A DNA stretch of 64,000 bases from Alistipes finegoldii (GTDB lineage Bacteria; Bacillota_I; Bacilli_A; Acholeplasmatales; Anaeroplasmataceae). This document shows, in pieces, positions 1-10,742 of the stretch. Position 1 is the stretch's first letter. Each line of letters starts with the position of its first letter. Made by a program: the position numbers and the translations under genes. Location of the stretch: NCBI GenBank assembly GCA_963621965.1, contig CAVFGN010000003.1, forward strand, positions 8,107 to 72,106. The letters run 5' to 3'. The notes under the pieces are model-generated. The model saw only the letters and a program-made list of their open reading frames with translations. It was not told the origin of the DNA and made no database searches.

Positions 1-1865
1 ACTCAAGAGGTTTACATTATTTAATTTGGGAAATTGTTGACAATGCGATTGATGAAGCCCTTGCAGGATATGGTAAAGAAATCAAAGTTGAATTAAATAC
101 TAATGGTAGTGTAACTATCACTGATAACGGTAGAGGTGTACCTGTAGGTATTAACCACGAAACTGGTAAAAACAGTCTTGAAGTAATTTATTCAATGTTA
201 CACGCAGGTGGTAAATTTGGTCAAGATGGCGGATATAAAGTTTCTGGTGGTTTACACGGTGTAGGTGGTAAAGTAGTTAATGCCTTATCTACTTATATGA
301 AAGTAGTTTCATCTCGTGACGGAAAGATGTATTGTATCGAGTTTAAAGATGGTGGAAAAAAAATCCATGATGTAGAAGAGATAGGTCAAACTAAAAGAAC
401 TGGTACTGAGGTTACATTCAAGCCAGATCCTACTATTTTTTCAACAATTATTTTTAACTATGACACTATAAAACAACGTTTAAAAGAAGGTGCTTATCTT
501 ATTAAGGGTCTTAAAATGATTTTAATCGATCATAATAAGAACAAAAAAGATGAGTTCATGTATGAAAATGGTATCGAACAATATGTTTCTGATTTAAATA
601 GCGGTAAAGAAACTATGGCACCTGTTGCTTTCTTTGAGGGTGTTGAAGGTCCTATTGGCGTAGAAGTTGCAATGCAATATACAACAGGTTTTGATGAAAC
701 TTTAATTTCTTTTGCAAACAACTTGCGTACAATGGACGGTGGTAGTCATGAAATTGGTTTTAAAACAGCTGTTACAAAAGCATTCAATGATTTTGCACGT
801 AAATTTAATCTAATTAGTGCAAAAGATGACAATCTTGATGGTAACGATTTAAGATGTGGTTTAATGGCTATTGTATCGGTTAGAGTTGAAGAAAGTGTAC
901 TTGAGTTTGAAGGTCAAACTAAGGGTCGTTTAGGTACACCTAGTGCCAAAACTGCTGTAAATAATATTTTATATGATAATTTAATGGCTTATTTACATAA
1001 AAATAAACAATTAGCAGAAGGCGTTGTTGAAAAAGCTATTAAAAACTGTAAAGCTCGTGAAGCTGCTAGAAAAGCTCGTAATCAAATTAGACTTGATAAA
1101 AAAGATAAGAAAGAAATTAATTTATCTTCTAAACTTTCCCCTGCCCAAGGTAAAAATAAAGAAATAAACGAGTTATTTCTTGTAGAAGGTGATTCAGCCG
1201 GTGGTAGTGCTAAAAGTGGAAGAGATAGAATGTTCCAAGCAATTTTGCCTCTTCGTGGTAAAGTATTAAATACAGAACGTGCTAACGAAGAAGATGCACT
1301 TGGAAACCAAGAAATTGCAACTATGATCTACACAATTGGTGCTGATTATGGGGACAAATTTGATATTAAAAAATGTAATTATAAGAAAATTATTATCATG
1401 ACCGATGCGGATGATGATGGTGCTCACATTCAAATTTTACTTCTTACATTCTTCTTTAGATATATGCGTCCTTTAATCGAAGATGGTCGTGTTTATTTAG
1501 CCGTACCTCCTTTATTTAGAGTTACTAACAAAGGTGGAAAGAACAATTTCACTAAATATGCTTATACAACTGAGGAATTAAGTGAAATAATGAAGAAATT
1601 AAATAAAGATCAAACTTTAATTTCTCGTTTCAAAGGACTTGGTGAAATGTCTGCCGAACAATTATGGGAGACTACAATGAATCCTAAGAGTCGTACTCTT
1701 ATTCGTGTAACGCTAGAAGATTTTGATGAGGCTGAAGGCGAAATTGATTTATTCATGGGAGACGATGCGGCTAAAAGAAGAAATTGGCTTGAAAATCATG
1801 TTCAATTCTCTCTTGAAGATGAATACGAGATTGATAAACTAGACTTAAGCGGAGAAGGTATTTAG
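1..1865 (+). CDS. parE: DNA topoisomerase IV subunit B (ParE); 5' end lies outside the window
   Basis: Frame 3 is open from the window edge and translates ..GLHYLIWEIVDNAIDEA.. before the listed ORF start at 195. Type IIA B-subunit/Toprim motifs EGDSAGGSAK, PLRGKVLNTE, MTDADDDGAHI. ParE rather than GyrB is inferred from the adjacent ParC-like subunit and the non-origin context. Confidence 0.8.
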   Translation, partial: SRGLHYLIWEIVDNAIDEALAGYGKEIKVELNTNGSVTITDNGRGVPVGINHETGKNSLEVIYSMLHAGGKFGQDGGYKVSGGLHGVGGKVVNALSTYMKVVSSRDGKMYCIEFKDGGKKIHDVEEIGQTKRTGTEVTFKPDPTIFSTIIFNYDTIKQRLKEGAYLIKGLKMILIDHNKNKKDEFMYENGIEQYVSDLNSGKETMAPVAFFEGVEGPIGVEVAMQYTTGFDETLISFANNLRTMDGGSHEIGFKTAVTKAFNDFARKFNLISAKDDNLDGNDLRCGLMAIVSVRVEESVLEFEGQTKGRLGTPSAKTAVNNILYDNLMAYLHKNKQLAEGVVEKAIKNCKAREAARKARNQIRLDKKDKKEINLSSKLSPAQGKNKEINELFLVEGDSAGGSAKSGRDRMFQAILPLRGKVLNTERANEEDALGNQEIATMIYTIGADYGDKFDIKKCNYKKIIIMTDADDDGAHIQILLLTFFFRYMRPLIEDGRVYLAVPPLFRVTNKGGKNNFTKYAYTTEELSEIMKKLNKDQTLISRFKGLGEMSAEQLWETTMNPKSRTLIRVTLEDFDEAEGEIDLFMGDDAAKRRNWLENHVQFSLEDEYEIDKLDLSGEGI

Positions 1866-1866
1866 T

Positions 1867-4725
1867 ATGGCAAAGAAAAAAGATATAATTGAAGAATTAA
1901 ATCAATTTGCAAAAGAAACTTTCCAACATGAACGTCTAGAAGATGTAATGGGTGATAGATTTGGTAGATATTCTAAAGCTATCATTCAAGAACGTGCTAT
2001 TCCAGATGTTAGAGATGGTTTAAAGCCTGTTCAAAGAAGAATATTGTTTGGCATGCAACAACTAAAGCTTACATCTACTTCACCATACAAAAAATGTGCT
2101 AAGGTAGTTGGTGATGTAATGGGTAAATATCACCCTCATGGTGACTCATCTATTTATGAAGCTTTAGTTCATATGTCTCAAGCTTGGAAAATGGGTGTGT
2201 GTCTTGTTGACCTTCAAGGAAACAATGGTTCAATTGATGGTGACGGGCCTGCCGCTTATCGTTATACTGAATGTAGATTGTCAAAAGATGCCGATTACAT
2301 GTTACAAGACATCGAAAAGAAAACAGTCGAGATGATCGATAACTTCGATGGTGAGGAAAAAGAACCTATCGTTTTACCTGCAAGATTTCCTAACATTTTA
2401 GTAAATGGTGGTATGGGTATTTCATCAGGATATGCTACCTACATTCCACCACACAACATGAAAGAAGTTGTAGATGCAACAATTGCTAAAATTGATAACC
2501 CTAATCTAACAATTGATGAATTACTTAAAATCATGCCCGGTCCTGATTTCCCTACTGGCGGTATTGCCATGGGAAAAGAAGGTATTAGAGAAGCCTTCTT
2601 AACAGGAAGTGGCACAGTTGTTGTTAAATCTAAATATCATATCGAAGATATTGATTCTAAAAAAAAGAGAATTGTTGTAACTGAAATTCCTTTCGATACA
2701 GTTAAACAAAAAACTGTTGAAAAGATTGAACAAATTAGAATTGACCATAAGATTGATGGTATTGAAGAAGTAAGAGACGAAACTGATAGACAAGGTTTAC
2801 GTATCTCTATTGATCTTAAAGAGGGCGCAAATACTGATGCAATTATAAAGTATTTATTTAAAAATACTAATTTACAAGCCAACATTAAATATAATATGGT
2901 TGTAATTCATAATATGTGTCCTAAACGCCTTGGTGTTCTTGAAATATTATCTGCATATATTGATCATCAAAAAGATGTTGTAACAAACCGTACTAACTTT
3001 TTAAAAGCTAAAGATAAACATAGATTACATATCGTTGATGGTTTAATTAAGATGGTTTCAATTTTAGACGATGTTATTAAAACCATCCGTGCTTCTCAAA
3101 ATAAACAAGATGCAAAAGAAAACTTAATTGCGAAATTTGAATTTACTGAAATTCAAGCTGATGCAATTTTAGCTATGCAACTATATAGATTATCTAATAC
3201 TGATATTGTTCAATTACATAACGAACATGATACTTTAAATAAAAATATTGAGGGCTACGATAAAATCTTATCTGACGAAAAGAACTTATTAAATGTTATT
3301 AAGAATGAACTTAAAGAAATTAGTGATAAGATTAATCAACCTCGTAGAACACAAATTGAAGATGAAGTAACTGATTTAACTATCGATGAATCAAATCTTG
3401 TACTTGATGAAACAGTAATGTTAATTGCGACAAGAAAAGGTTACTTAAAGCGTGTTACACCAAAAGCTTATAACGCAAGTTCTGTTAATACAATTGGTGA
3501 AAAAGACGCAATTATTCTTGATGAAGAAGTTTCTACAAAAGATATTTTATTAGGATTTACCAACAAAGGAAACTTTGTATATATTCCAATTTATAAAATT
3601 GATGAATGTAAACTTCGTGACCGTGGTCAATTCTTAAATAATATCTGTCAAATTGATCCGAGTGAAGAATTTGTAAACTACTTTGTAATTAAAGATTTTA
3701 CTAAACACTTAAATGTTTTAATTGCAAGTAAAGATAACTTAATCAAACAATGCCAAATTCAAGAATTTAATGTCTCTAGATTCTCTAAAGAAGTCAAATG
3801 TATGAAATTGGCAGAAAAAGATTATGTAGTAAGTGTTGATATTTCTGATAATCCTTGTGAAATTATCACATGTTCAAGTGATGCTGAAGTACTTCGTATG
3901 CGTGCTGAAGATATTCCTCTTTATGGTAAAAATGCCTCAGGAATTAAGGCTCAAAAGATTAGTGAAGGACATTATTTAGTTGGTGCAGTTTATGCAAATA
4001 AAAACGATGATATCTTATTATTAACTAATAGAGGCACTATTAAACGTATTCCTTTACTTGATCCTAAAGATAAAGATGCATTGTATTTATCTACTCGTGG
4101 AAGAAGTGGAGATAAACAAATTAAGCTTATCAAAACAAATCCTGTAGTAATATACGATATAAAGAAATTAACTCCAAATCAATATAAAGAACAAGTTTCG
4201 ATTAATGTCTTATATGATTCAGCTAACGATTATATTAATTCATTTGATTTAAAATATAATCAACCTGATGTTGGAGTCAATATAGTAAAAGACGGACTTG
4301 GTGAACCTTTAAAGATTTTTGTAAATAAACCTAAAAATAGAGATAGTCAAGTAAGTGATGATTATCTAGTGAATACAAAAGATATAGAAACAACTTTTGA
4401 CGACTATGACTCTATTGATGATAAACCTTTAAAGAGTGCAAAAACTAGTAATGTATTTGATGAATTAGATAAGATTTTAGAACTTGAAGCTAAAGAAGAA
4501 AATAAGTTTAGTTTAGAAGACACTAATACAAATGATCTAGACAATTCATTTAATCAAATACCAGAAACCAGTAACTCTTTAGAGTTTAAAGTTCAAGAAC
4601 CAAAGGTTGAAAATAAGGAAAAAGAAGTTATAGAAACCGACAAGAATACAATTACTCGTACTAAGAGTACAACTATTGTAAGAAAGAAACCTAAAAAAAT
4701 AGATTTCTATGATGAAAATAATTAG
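1867..4725 (+). CDS. parC: DNA topoisomerase IV subunit A (ParC) with a long low-complexity C-terminal tail
   Basis: AIPDVRDGLKPVQRRIL (Q as in ParC; GyrA usually has VHRRIL). Catalytic-Tyr region AAYRYTECRL. Starts 1 nt after the parE stop. No GyrA-box noticed. Confidence 0.8.
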   Translation: MAKKKDIIEELNQFAKETFQHERLEDVMGDRFGRYSKAIIQERAIPDVRDGLKPVQRRILFGMQQLKLTSTSPYKKCAKVVGDVMGKYHPHGDSSIYEALVHMSQAWKMGVCLVDLQGNNGSIDGDGPAAYRYTECRLSKDADYMLQDIEKKTVEMIDNFDGEEKEPIVLPARFPNILVNGGMGISSGYATYIPPHNMKEVVDATIAKIDNPNLTIDELLKIMPGPDFPTGGIAMGKEGIREAFLTGSGTVVVKSKYHIEDIDSKKKRIVVTEIPFDTVKQKTVEKIEQIRIDHKIDGIEEVRDETDRQGLRISIDLKEGANTDAIIKYLFKNTNLQANIKYNMVVIHNMCPKRLGVLEILSAYIDHQKDVVTNRTNFLKAKDKHRLHIVDGLIKMVSILDDVIKTIRASQNKQDAKENLIAKFEFTEIQADAILAMQLYRLSNTDIVQLHNEHDTLNKNIEGYDKILSDEKNLLNVIKNELKEISDKINQPRRTQIEDEVTDLTIDESNLVLDETVMLIATRKGYLKRVTPKAYNASSVNTIGEKDAIILDEEVSTKDILLGFTNKGNFVYIPIYKIDECKLRDRGQFLNNICQIDPSEEFVNYFVIKDFTKHLNVLIASKDNLIKQCQIQEFNVSRFSKEVKCMKLAEKDYVVSVDISDNPCEIITCSSDAEVLRMRAEDIPLYGKNASGIKAQKISEGHYLVGAVYANKNDDILLLTNRGTIKRIPLLDPKDKDALYLSTRGRSGDKQIKLIKTNPVVIYDIKKLTPNQYKEQVSINVLYDSANDYINSFDLKYNQPDVGVNIVKDGLGEPLKIFVNKPKNRDSQVSDDYLVNTKDIETTFDDYDSIDDKPLKSAKTSNVFDELDKILELEAKEENKFSLEDTNTNDLDNSFNQIPETSNSLEFKVQEPKVENKEKEVIETDKNTITRTKSTTIVRKKPKKIDFYDENN

Positions 4726-4728
4726 ACT

Positions 4729-4756
4729 AAGCTGGCTTAATGCTAGCTTTTTCTTA
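4729..4756 (+). terminator. Intrinsic terminator after parC
   Basis: Hairpin AAGCTGGC-TTAAT-GCTAGCTT (one mismatch) followed by TTTTT, directly after the parC stop. Confidence 0.6.
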
Positions 4757-4822
4757 TTAAATACGAAATAGATTCTTATATCAGAAAAAATAACAATTTG
4801 TCGAATCCTGAAATAATAATTG

Positions 4823-4851
4823 TTGTAATCGCTTACAAAAAAGAGTATAAT
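4823..4851 (+). promoter_or_regulatory. Sigma-70 type promoter TTGTAA-17 nt-TATAAT, overlapped by a cre/LacI-type operator TGTAATCGCTTACA (4824-4837)
   Basis: The spacer was counted as 17 nt. The 14-mer fits the CcpA cre consensus TGWNANCGNTNWCA at every constrained position. It lies 35 nt upstream of the 4886 start. Confidence 0.55.
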
Positions 4852-4885
4852 ATAGTTCCTATTTTAAAAGAAAGAAGGTAATATT

Positions 4886-6523
4886 ATGAAAATAACAATT
4901 TCAAATGAGATTCGTGAAGTGGAAAATGGAACTAGACTTATTGATTTATTACCAGAAAATAATAAGAAGAGTTATTATTGTGCGACAGTAAATAATCGCT
5001 TACGTGAACTAGATTATATTATTCCAGGAGATTGTTCTGTAGAATTTTTAGATTTAACTAGTGCTGATGCAATGTTAATTTATCAAAATTCAATTAGATA
5101 TTTATTTGCAATGGCAGTAAATAGGTTATACAAGAAGGTTAAGGTTGTATTTAATACATCTATTAGCCGTGCAATTTTTGCAAATATTTCAGGTATAAAT
5201 GGGCCTGTTAATGTTAAAGAAATGACTAAGATTGAAAGTGAAATGCGTTCTTTAATTGAACAAGATATTCCTATTAAAAGATACTCTACAACTATTGAAG
5301 AAGCTAAGAAAATTTATAACAATTTTGGTTACTACGATAAATCAGCTATGTTAGATTATCGTCCTGAAAAGACTGTACATATGTATAAATGTGATAACTA
5401 TTTAAATTATATGTTTGGCTATATGGTACCTTCAACAGGATATTTAAAGGAATTTAAGTTAAAATTATATTTTCCTGGTTTATTAATTCAATACCCTCGT
5501 GCTGAACTTGGTGGTATTATTCCTGAGTTCACTGACGAAAAGATTTTCTCTAAGGCTCTAAAAGAAGCTAATGAATGGGGAAATATTACAAAAGCTTCAT
5601 CAGTTTGGCAAATGAACCAAATTGTAGAGCGTGGTGAAGAAAAAGAGTTTATCAATCTTTGTGAGACAAAACACAACAATATGTTGGCTGATTTGGGTAT
5701 GCAAATTAAAAATGATCCAGAAATCAGACTTATTGCGATTGCCGGACCTTCTTCAAGCGGTAAGACAACTTTCTGTAATAGACTTAGAGTTGAACTTTTA
5801 AGCCGTGCTTTAAATCCTATTATGATTTCTCTTGACAACTATTATTTAGACGCGGATAAATGTCCTCGTACAAAAGATGGAAGTCCTGATTTTGAACATA
5901 TTGAAGCTTTAGATATAGCACAATTTGATGAAGATATGGTTAAACTTATTCAAGGAGAAGAAGTTAGACTTCCTATCTATGATTTTAAAACTAAAAGTCG
6001 CTCTTATGGCTCTCCAATTAAGTTAACTAAAGGTCAACCTATTATGATTGAAGGAATTCACGCTTTAAATGATAGATTAACTCCTTCAATTCCATCTACT
6101 CAAAAATATAAGATTTATATTGCGCCCGAAGCTCAATATCATATTGATTCACAAAATCCTATCTCTTTAACTGATATTCGTTTAATTCGCCGTTTAGTGC
6201 GTGATTTTAACTATAGAAATGCGCCTGCAGAAGAAACATTATCTATGTGGGAAAACGTTCGTAAAGGAGAATTTGATTGGATTTATCCTACTCAAGCCGA
6301 AGCTAACTTTGTTTACAATTCTGAATTAACTTATGAACTATGTGTAATGAAGAAATATGCAATGAAAGTTCTTCAAGAAGTTAAGCCTGAATCTAAATAT
6401 TATATAACTGCTAATCGTCTAATTAAATTCTTAAAGTATTTTAAAGATATAGATGATAAGTGGGTACCATGTAATTCTATTTTAAGAGAATTTATAGGTG
6501 GTTCTATTTTCTACGATAATTAA
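4886..6523 (+). CDS. Long uridine kinase/phosphoribulokinase-family nucleoside kinase with an N-terminal TGS/ThrRS-like extension
   Basis: P-loop IAIAGPSSSGKTTF within a udk-like C-terminal half. RBS AAGAAGG upstream of the ATG. The reading of the N-terminal ~230 aa is from memory of similar long udk-family proteins. Confidence 0.6.
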   Translation: MKITISNEIREVENGTRLIDLLPENNKKSYYCATVNNRLRELDYIIPGDCSVEFLDLTSADAMLIYQNSIRYLFAMAVNRLYKKVKVVFNTSISRAIFANISGINGPVNVKEMTKIESEMRSLIEQDIPIKRYSTTIEEAKKIYNNFGYYDKSAMLDYRPEKTVHMYKCDNYLNYMFGYMVPSTGYLKEFKLKLYFPGLLIQYPRAELGGIIPEFTDEKIFSKALKEANEWGNITKASSVWQMNQIVERGEEKEFINLCETKHNNMLADLGMQIKNDPEIRLIAIAGPSSSGKTTFCNRLRVELLSRALNPIMISLDNYYLDADKCPRTKDGSPDFEHIEALDIAQFDEDMVKLIQGEEVRLPIYDFKTKSRSYGSPIKLTKGQPIMIEGIHALNDRLTPSIPSTQKYKIYIAPEAQYHIDSQNPISLTDIRLIRRLVRDFNYRNAPAEETLSMWENVRKGEFDWIYPTQAEANFVYNSELTYELCVMKKYAMKVLQEVKPESKYYITANRLIKFLKYFKDIDDKWVPCNSILREFIGGSIFYDN

Positions 6524-6537
6524 TTTAATATAAAAAA

Positions 6538-6566
6538 ACAGTCCTATTTTAAGGGCTGTTTTTTTT
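6538..6566 (+). terminator. Intrinsic terminator after the kinase gene
   Basis: 8-bp stem ACAGTCCT/AGGGCTGT (one G-U pair), 6-nt loop, then T8. An A-run precedes it. Confidence 0.8.
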
Positions 6567-6569
6567 ACG

Positions 6570-6595
6570 AAAAAAACTTAGCCCGAAGACTAAGT
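6570..6595 (-). terminator. Intrinsic terminator after galK
   Basis: Minus-strand RNA ACUUAGUC-UUCG-GGCUAAGU followed by U7. Starts 3 nt after the galK stop. Confidence 0.8.
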
Positions 6596-6598
6596 TTG

Positions 6599-7714
6599 TT
6601 ATTTTACACCATCTACTATATTAACTTTATATACGTCACATTTAATATTTGTTTTATTGTAATATCTTTCAATTACACTTTCTTTGAATGTTTCAAACTC
6701 ATTTTTATTTATAAGTGCAATCGCACATCCTCCAAATCCAGCACCAATCATACGTGCACCGATTGCGCCCGAATCTAAGGCAGCTTCAACGATTGAATCT
6801 AGATGAAAGCCTGAAACTTCATACAGATTTTTAAGAGATTCATGTGATTCATTTAAAAGGACACCAAGATTATCAATATCATATGATTTAAGAGAATCTA
6901 TAAACTTATAGACACGTCTATTTTCTAATATAACATGTTTTACTCTTTTTAATATTACAGGATCATTAATAAGCTCATTAATTTCACGTAAATCGCATTC
7001 TTTAAGTTCACACAAATTCTTAACAGAATAGCGTTTAGAAATCATTTCTAGCCCCTTAGAACACTCTAAAACGCGTTCATTATATTTTGATTCAACTAAT
7101 TTTCTAGATTTATTTGTCTTTAATATTACAAAGGTATAATTTTTAAGATTTAAATCATAATATTTGTATTTAAAACTTGCGCAATCAAGAAGAAGTGCTG
7201 TATTCTTTTTACCAAGAGTTATAATGGCTTCATCCATTATACCACTTGATAATTTACAATAAATATTTTCAACGTCTTTAGCAATTAAAACAATAGTTTC
7301 TTTATTTATATTTAAGCTAAATATTTTATTAATCGCAAAAATTGTAACAACTAAAATAGCAGCCGAACTTGAAAGGCCTGAACCTAGAGGAATTTCTGAT
7401 TTGTAGTATAGGTCAAGCCCTTTATCTACTTTATATCCTCTTTGTTTTAATATATAAAATACACCAACTACATAAGTAGCCCATAAATAAGAAGAAGAGT
7501 ATTCTAAATTATTTAAGTTCGTGTTAATTGATGTATCAAAATTATCTGAGCTAATTATTAATTGATTATCAGATCTTAAATTTACATACAAATTAATATA
7601 CAAATCTATACAACAAGGTAATACCACTCCACCATTATAGTCGATATGTTCGCCTATCAAATTGATTCTAGCAGGAGCCTTGAAGTTATACATAAAATTA
7701 GTCAAGACGTTCAC
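6599..7714 (-). CDS. galK: Galactokinase
   Basis: GHMP kinase motifs: PARINLIGEHIDYNGG (galactokinase signature) and PLGSGLSSSAA. Confidence 0.9.
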   Translation of the reverse strand: MNVLTNFMYNFKAPARINLIGEHIDYNGGVVLPCCIDLYINLYVNLRSDNQLIISSDNFDTSINTNLNNLEYSSSYLWATYVVGVFYILKQRGYKVDKGLDLYYKSEIPLGSGLSSSAAILVVTIFAINKIFSLNINKETIVLIAKDVENIYCKLSSGIMDEAIITLGKKNTALLLDCASFKYKYYDLNLKNYTFVILKTNKSRKLVESKYNERVLECSKGLEMISKRYSVKNLCELKECDLREINELINDPVILKRVKHVILENRRVYKFIDSLKSYDIDNLGVLLNESHESLKNLYEVSGFHLDSIVEAALDSGAIGARMIGAGFGGCAIALINKNEFETFKESVIERYYNKTNIKCDVYKVNIVDGVK

Positions 7715-9137
7715 CTGCGGCTAATTTTACACATTTATAAGCACCATCGTAATAGCCTTCATCTTTATTTTTGTTAATTATTTTAATCATATTAACAAGA
7801 AGTGACTTGTCATTAATAATTGAATCTAATGCTTCGTTCATACCTTTTTTAGTAGCTTCTTCTTCAAAACCATCACCATATTCACGAGAATGAATTTGAC
7901 CATAAACTTCGTGTCCACCTATATGTTTCATGAATAATTTAGGAATAGGATAGTAAGCAAGTTCACTTGGCTTTGTAATTAATAAATCCATATTAGGCAT
8001 TAATAAGTTAGTTACATAAACTGCTTTAAAAATATCTTCATCACAAACTGCATATATTCCTAATTTATCATTATTTGTAAGTTCATTATTTAAGTTTTTA
8101 ACGCTTGAATAATCATCAAATATAGTATTAATTTCTAATTCTTTAATATCTTTAATTAATTTTTTATAAACTGTATCATGGTCACCAAAGTTAATGAAAA
8201 GTGAGACTTGTTTATTTTTAACATAAGGTATCAAATGGATAATCATTTCTTTAAATTGTTTATACCCAGCGCCTGCTCCACCTACACTCATTAATATTCT
8301 AAGAGGTCGATTATTATAAATTCTTCGTAAACGACGCTCGTTATCTTGCTTAAGATTAACTAAAAGTTCATGGTCTACAAAACATCCTACATTATAAATA
8401 GTGTCATCAGGCATATGATTTAAAGATTTTTTATCAAATCCTTTTAGGGTTTTATAACCATTGTATGCATAGTTTGTTTGTACAGCATGAATAGCCCCCT
8501 CAGATAAGTGAAGAGCCATAGGCCAGTTATCAGGTATCGCGTTACAAACGTGTGTCATACCACCATGTATTGCGCCCTGAGATGGCCATACATGTGTTGC
8601 AATATAAGGAATATCTTTATCTATATTTTTAAATAAAGGGGCTAATAATTCGCTATTTTTTTGATCAATTGCGTTATAGCTAATCTTTTTAAAACCTTCA
8701 GAGTTTAAAGGTTCCCATACAAAATGGTTAAACAGATGAGATTTTTGTGAAATTCTACTTGCAATAGAATACATATCGTTTTGAGCTTTAATCATTTTAC
8801 TGCCAGTAGAATCAAAAGATGCTAAATCAAGCCAATAAGGAGTGTAACCTAAAGCTCGTGCACAAGAAGCCATTGCAATAGAAATTCGGTAGTGTCCAAA
8901 ACCCATACGGATATTACCAACAATTAATGGATTGTTTTCAAATTTTTGGTTCTCACGTCCAATCTTTATCATCATAGGTTTTATATCGCCAAGTGAAGAT
9001 ATTTCTTCGAAGTTGAAACAGTAATTGCAATTTGAGTCGTCCCCAAACTTTTTAATCCATTTATTTTTTGATTTATTAGCTTTTTTAATGGTTTTATTAC
9101 TCATTTTATTATTATAAATTTTAGTTGTTTTATCCAT
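7698..9137 (-). CDS. GT-B-fold glycosyltransferase-like protein (MGDG synthase/UgtP-like); specific function unknown
   Basis: GFGHYRIS near the N-terminus, LMSVGGAGAG, and LLITKPSELAYYPIPKLFM resemble GT28/MGDG-synthase donor-binding segments. Overlaps galK by 17 nt and is coupled to the upstream gene by a TAATG overlap. Confidence 0.35.
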   Translation of the reverse strand: MDKTTKIYNNKMSNKTIKKANKSKNKWIKKFGDDSNCNYCFNFEEISSLGDIKPMMIKIGRENQKFENNPLIVGNIRMGFGHYRISIAMASCARALGYTPYWLDLASFDSTGSKMIKAQNDMYSIASRISQKSHLFNHFVWEPLNSEGFKKISYNAIDQKNSELLAPLFKNIDKDIPYIATHVWPSQGAIHGGMTHVCNAIPDNWPMALHLSEGAIHAVQTNYAYNGYKTLKGFDKKSLNHMPDDTIYNVGCFVDHELLVNLKQDNERRLRRIYNNRPLRILMSVGGAGAGYKQFKEMIIHLIPYVKNKQVSLFINFGDHDTVYKKLIKDIKELEINTIFDDYSSVKNLNNELTNNDKLGIYAVCDEDIFKAVYVTNLLMPNMDLLITKPSELAYYPIPKLFMKHIGGHEVYGQIHSREYGDGFEEEATKKGMNEALDSIINDKSLLVNMIKIINKNKDEGYYDGAYKCVKLAAGERLD

Positions 9138-10741
9138 TATAATAAAATTCCTTTCTTAGAATCATATTTAATTACAAATTCTCTGTCTTGTAGTGTGTAA
9201 TATATTGTATAAATATTATTCTTAACTTCATAATATTTGTTAGTCGCATTATAGAATATATCTAACGCATTGTCCAAAACTTTATTTTTTTCCTTATCAT
9301 AAGTTTTAATATTGTCGCTAGTCATTAAAATCGAACCAAAGATGGCATTAATTGTAATTAAAGCAATTTTTTGACTAAATGATAGTTTATTATTTTCATC
9401 GCGTAAAATAAACGAATCAGGGTCATTTAAAAATAGTACGTCATCAAATATTGATCTAGTGATAGTATCAACTATTGTATGCTTTGTAGAGTTTCTTTCT
9501 CTATGAAAATGTCTCATGTACCAAAAATCATCAAAGATTAAAGAAGTATCACACCCTACACGAGAATAGTCAAATATATTAGCTGATGAGAATAAGTTGT
9601 TACCACATCCTAAAATCAATTTATTTTTTAATATCATACGTAAGAACTCGTAACTTTCTCTTTGCGTTTCAGCTTTAGTTTTACCTTTGTTATTTACAAT
9701 ACTGCCTGCATAAATAAAGTCTAATTTAAAATAATCAAATCCTAAATCAATATAATATTTTAAACATGAGCTTATGTATTCTTTAACTTCGCTTTTTTCT
9801 AAGTCAAGCGCAAAGAAACTAGACCAGTTTCCACCGCCTTTAACAAGAGAACCATCAGGATATTTTTTTATCCAATCATTGTGATTTTTAAATAATTTTG
9901 AATTGGTTTCACAAACAAAAGGTGCTAACCAAATTCCTGCTAACATACCTTTTTGATGAATTTTTTCAACGATTGAACTTAATCCATGCTTAAATTTGTT
10001 AGAATCAATATCTAGCCAGTCACCGACAAACGTTTCATATCCGTCGTCAATTTGAAATAAATCAAATCTATTATCAAGCGCTTCTAGATCATTTAAAATG
10101 ATATCTTCATTTATGTTTTGATAATAATTATACCAAGAAGAATATCCTAGTATCTTTTTATTTTTAGAAGATTTAAAATCTTCCTTAAAGGAAGATAGAC
10201 CTAATTCGTAAGTATCAAAGTACTTGAAGTTAAATAGAATAAAACTTTCGTCTTTTTTTAAAACTTTACCTTTTATATCAGAGATTAAATTTAGGGTTTT
10301 TGTTTTTTTATTAATTTCAAAAATTAGATAAGCATTTTTATAATTAAGATTGTAGAAGAAGTCATTCCTACTTCCTTTAATATAGAAAAGATCATAACTA
10401 TGAAGTTTATTTTTTTTATAATTATAAAATTTTGCATCCCCGTAATCACGCATACCGAATTTTTCAGTGATGAATTTAGGCATTTTTAAGATATTTTTTT
10501 CAACAAAATTAATATTAGTTAAATGCGTATCTGTCCAAGATTGATATCCATTTAAAAAATATAAATCTTTTGAATTTATAATATTTTCCTTTAATATAGT
10601 TGCACTAATAAGTGTAATATTAGTTTTTGAGATAATTGAATATTTAAAGTTATTAGTAGCGCAATCAATAATAATCTCTAAATCTTCGTTTGAAGATTCT
10701 GTTTTATATATTTTGTTTTCTTTTATGTATTCAAGTAACAT
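9137..10741 (-). CDS. Alpha-galactosidase (GH36-like, short form)
   Basis: FQIDDGYETFVGDWL, GIWLAPF, YFKLDFIY, LNDPDSF. I prefer the ATG at 10741 (MLLEYIKEN) to the ORF-track start at 10768. It sits 1 nt after the symporter stop and has AAAAGGA upstream. Confidence 0.7.
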   Translation of the reverse strand: MLLEYIKENKIYKTESSNEDLEIIIDCATNNFKYSIISKTNITLISATILKENIINSKDLYFLNGYQSWTDTHLTNINFVEKNILKMPKFITEKFGMRDYGDAKFYNYKKNKLHSYDLFYIKGSRNDFFYNLNYKNAYLIFEINKKTKTLNLISDIKGKVLKKDESFILFNFKYFDTYELGLSSFKEDFKSSKNKKILGYSSWYNYYQNINEDIILNDLEALDNRFDLFQIDDGYETFVGDWLDIDSNKFKHGLSSIVEKIHQKGMLAGIWLAPFVCETNSKLFKNHNDWIKKYPDGSLVKGGGNWSSFFALDLEKSEVKEYISSCLKYYIDLGFDYFKLDFIYAGSIVNNKGKTKAETQRESYEFLRMILKNKLILGCGNNLFSSANIFDYSRVGCDTSLIFDDFWYMRHFHRERNSTKHTIVDTITRSIFDDVLFLNDPDSFILRDENNKLSFSQKIALITINAIFGSILMTSDNIKTYDKEKNKVLDNALDIFYNATNKYYEVKNNIYTIYYTLQDREFVIKYDSKKGILL

Positions 10742-10742
10742 A

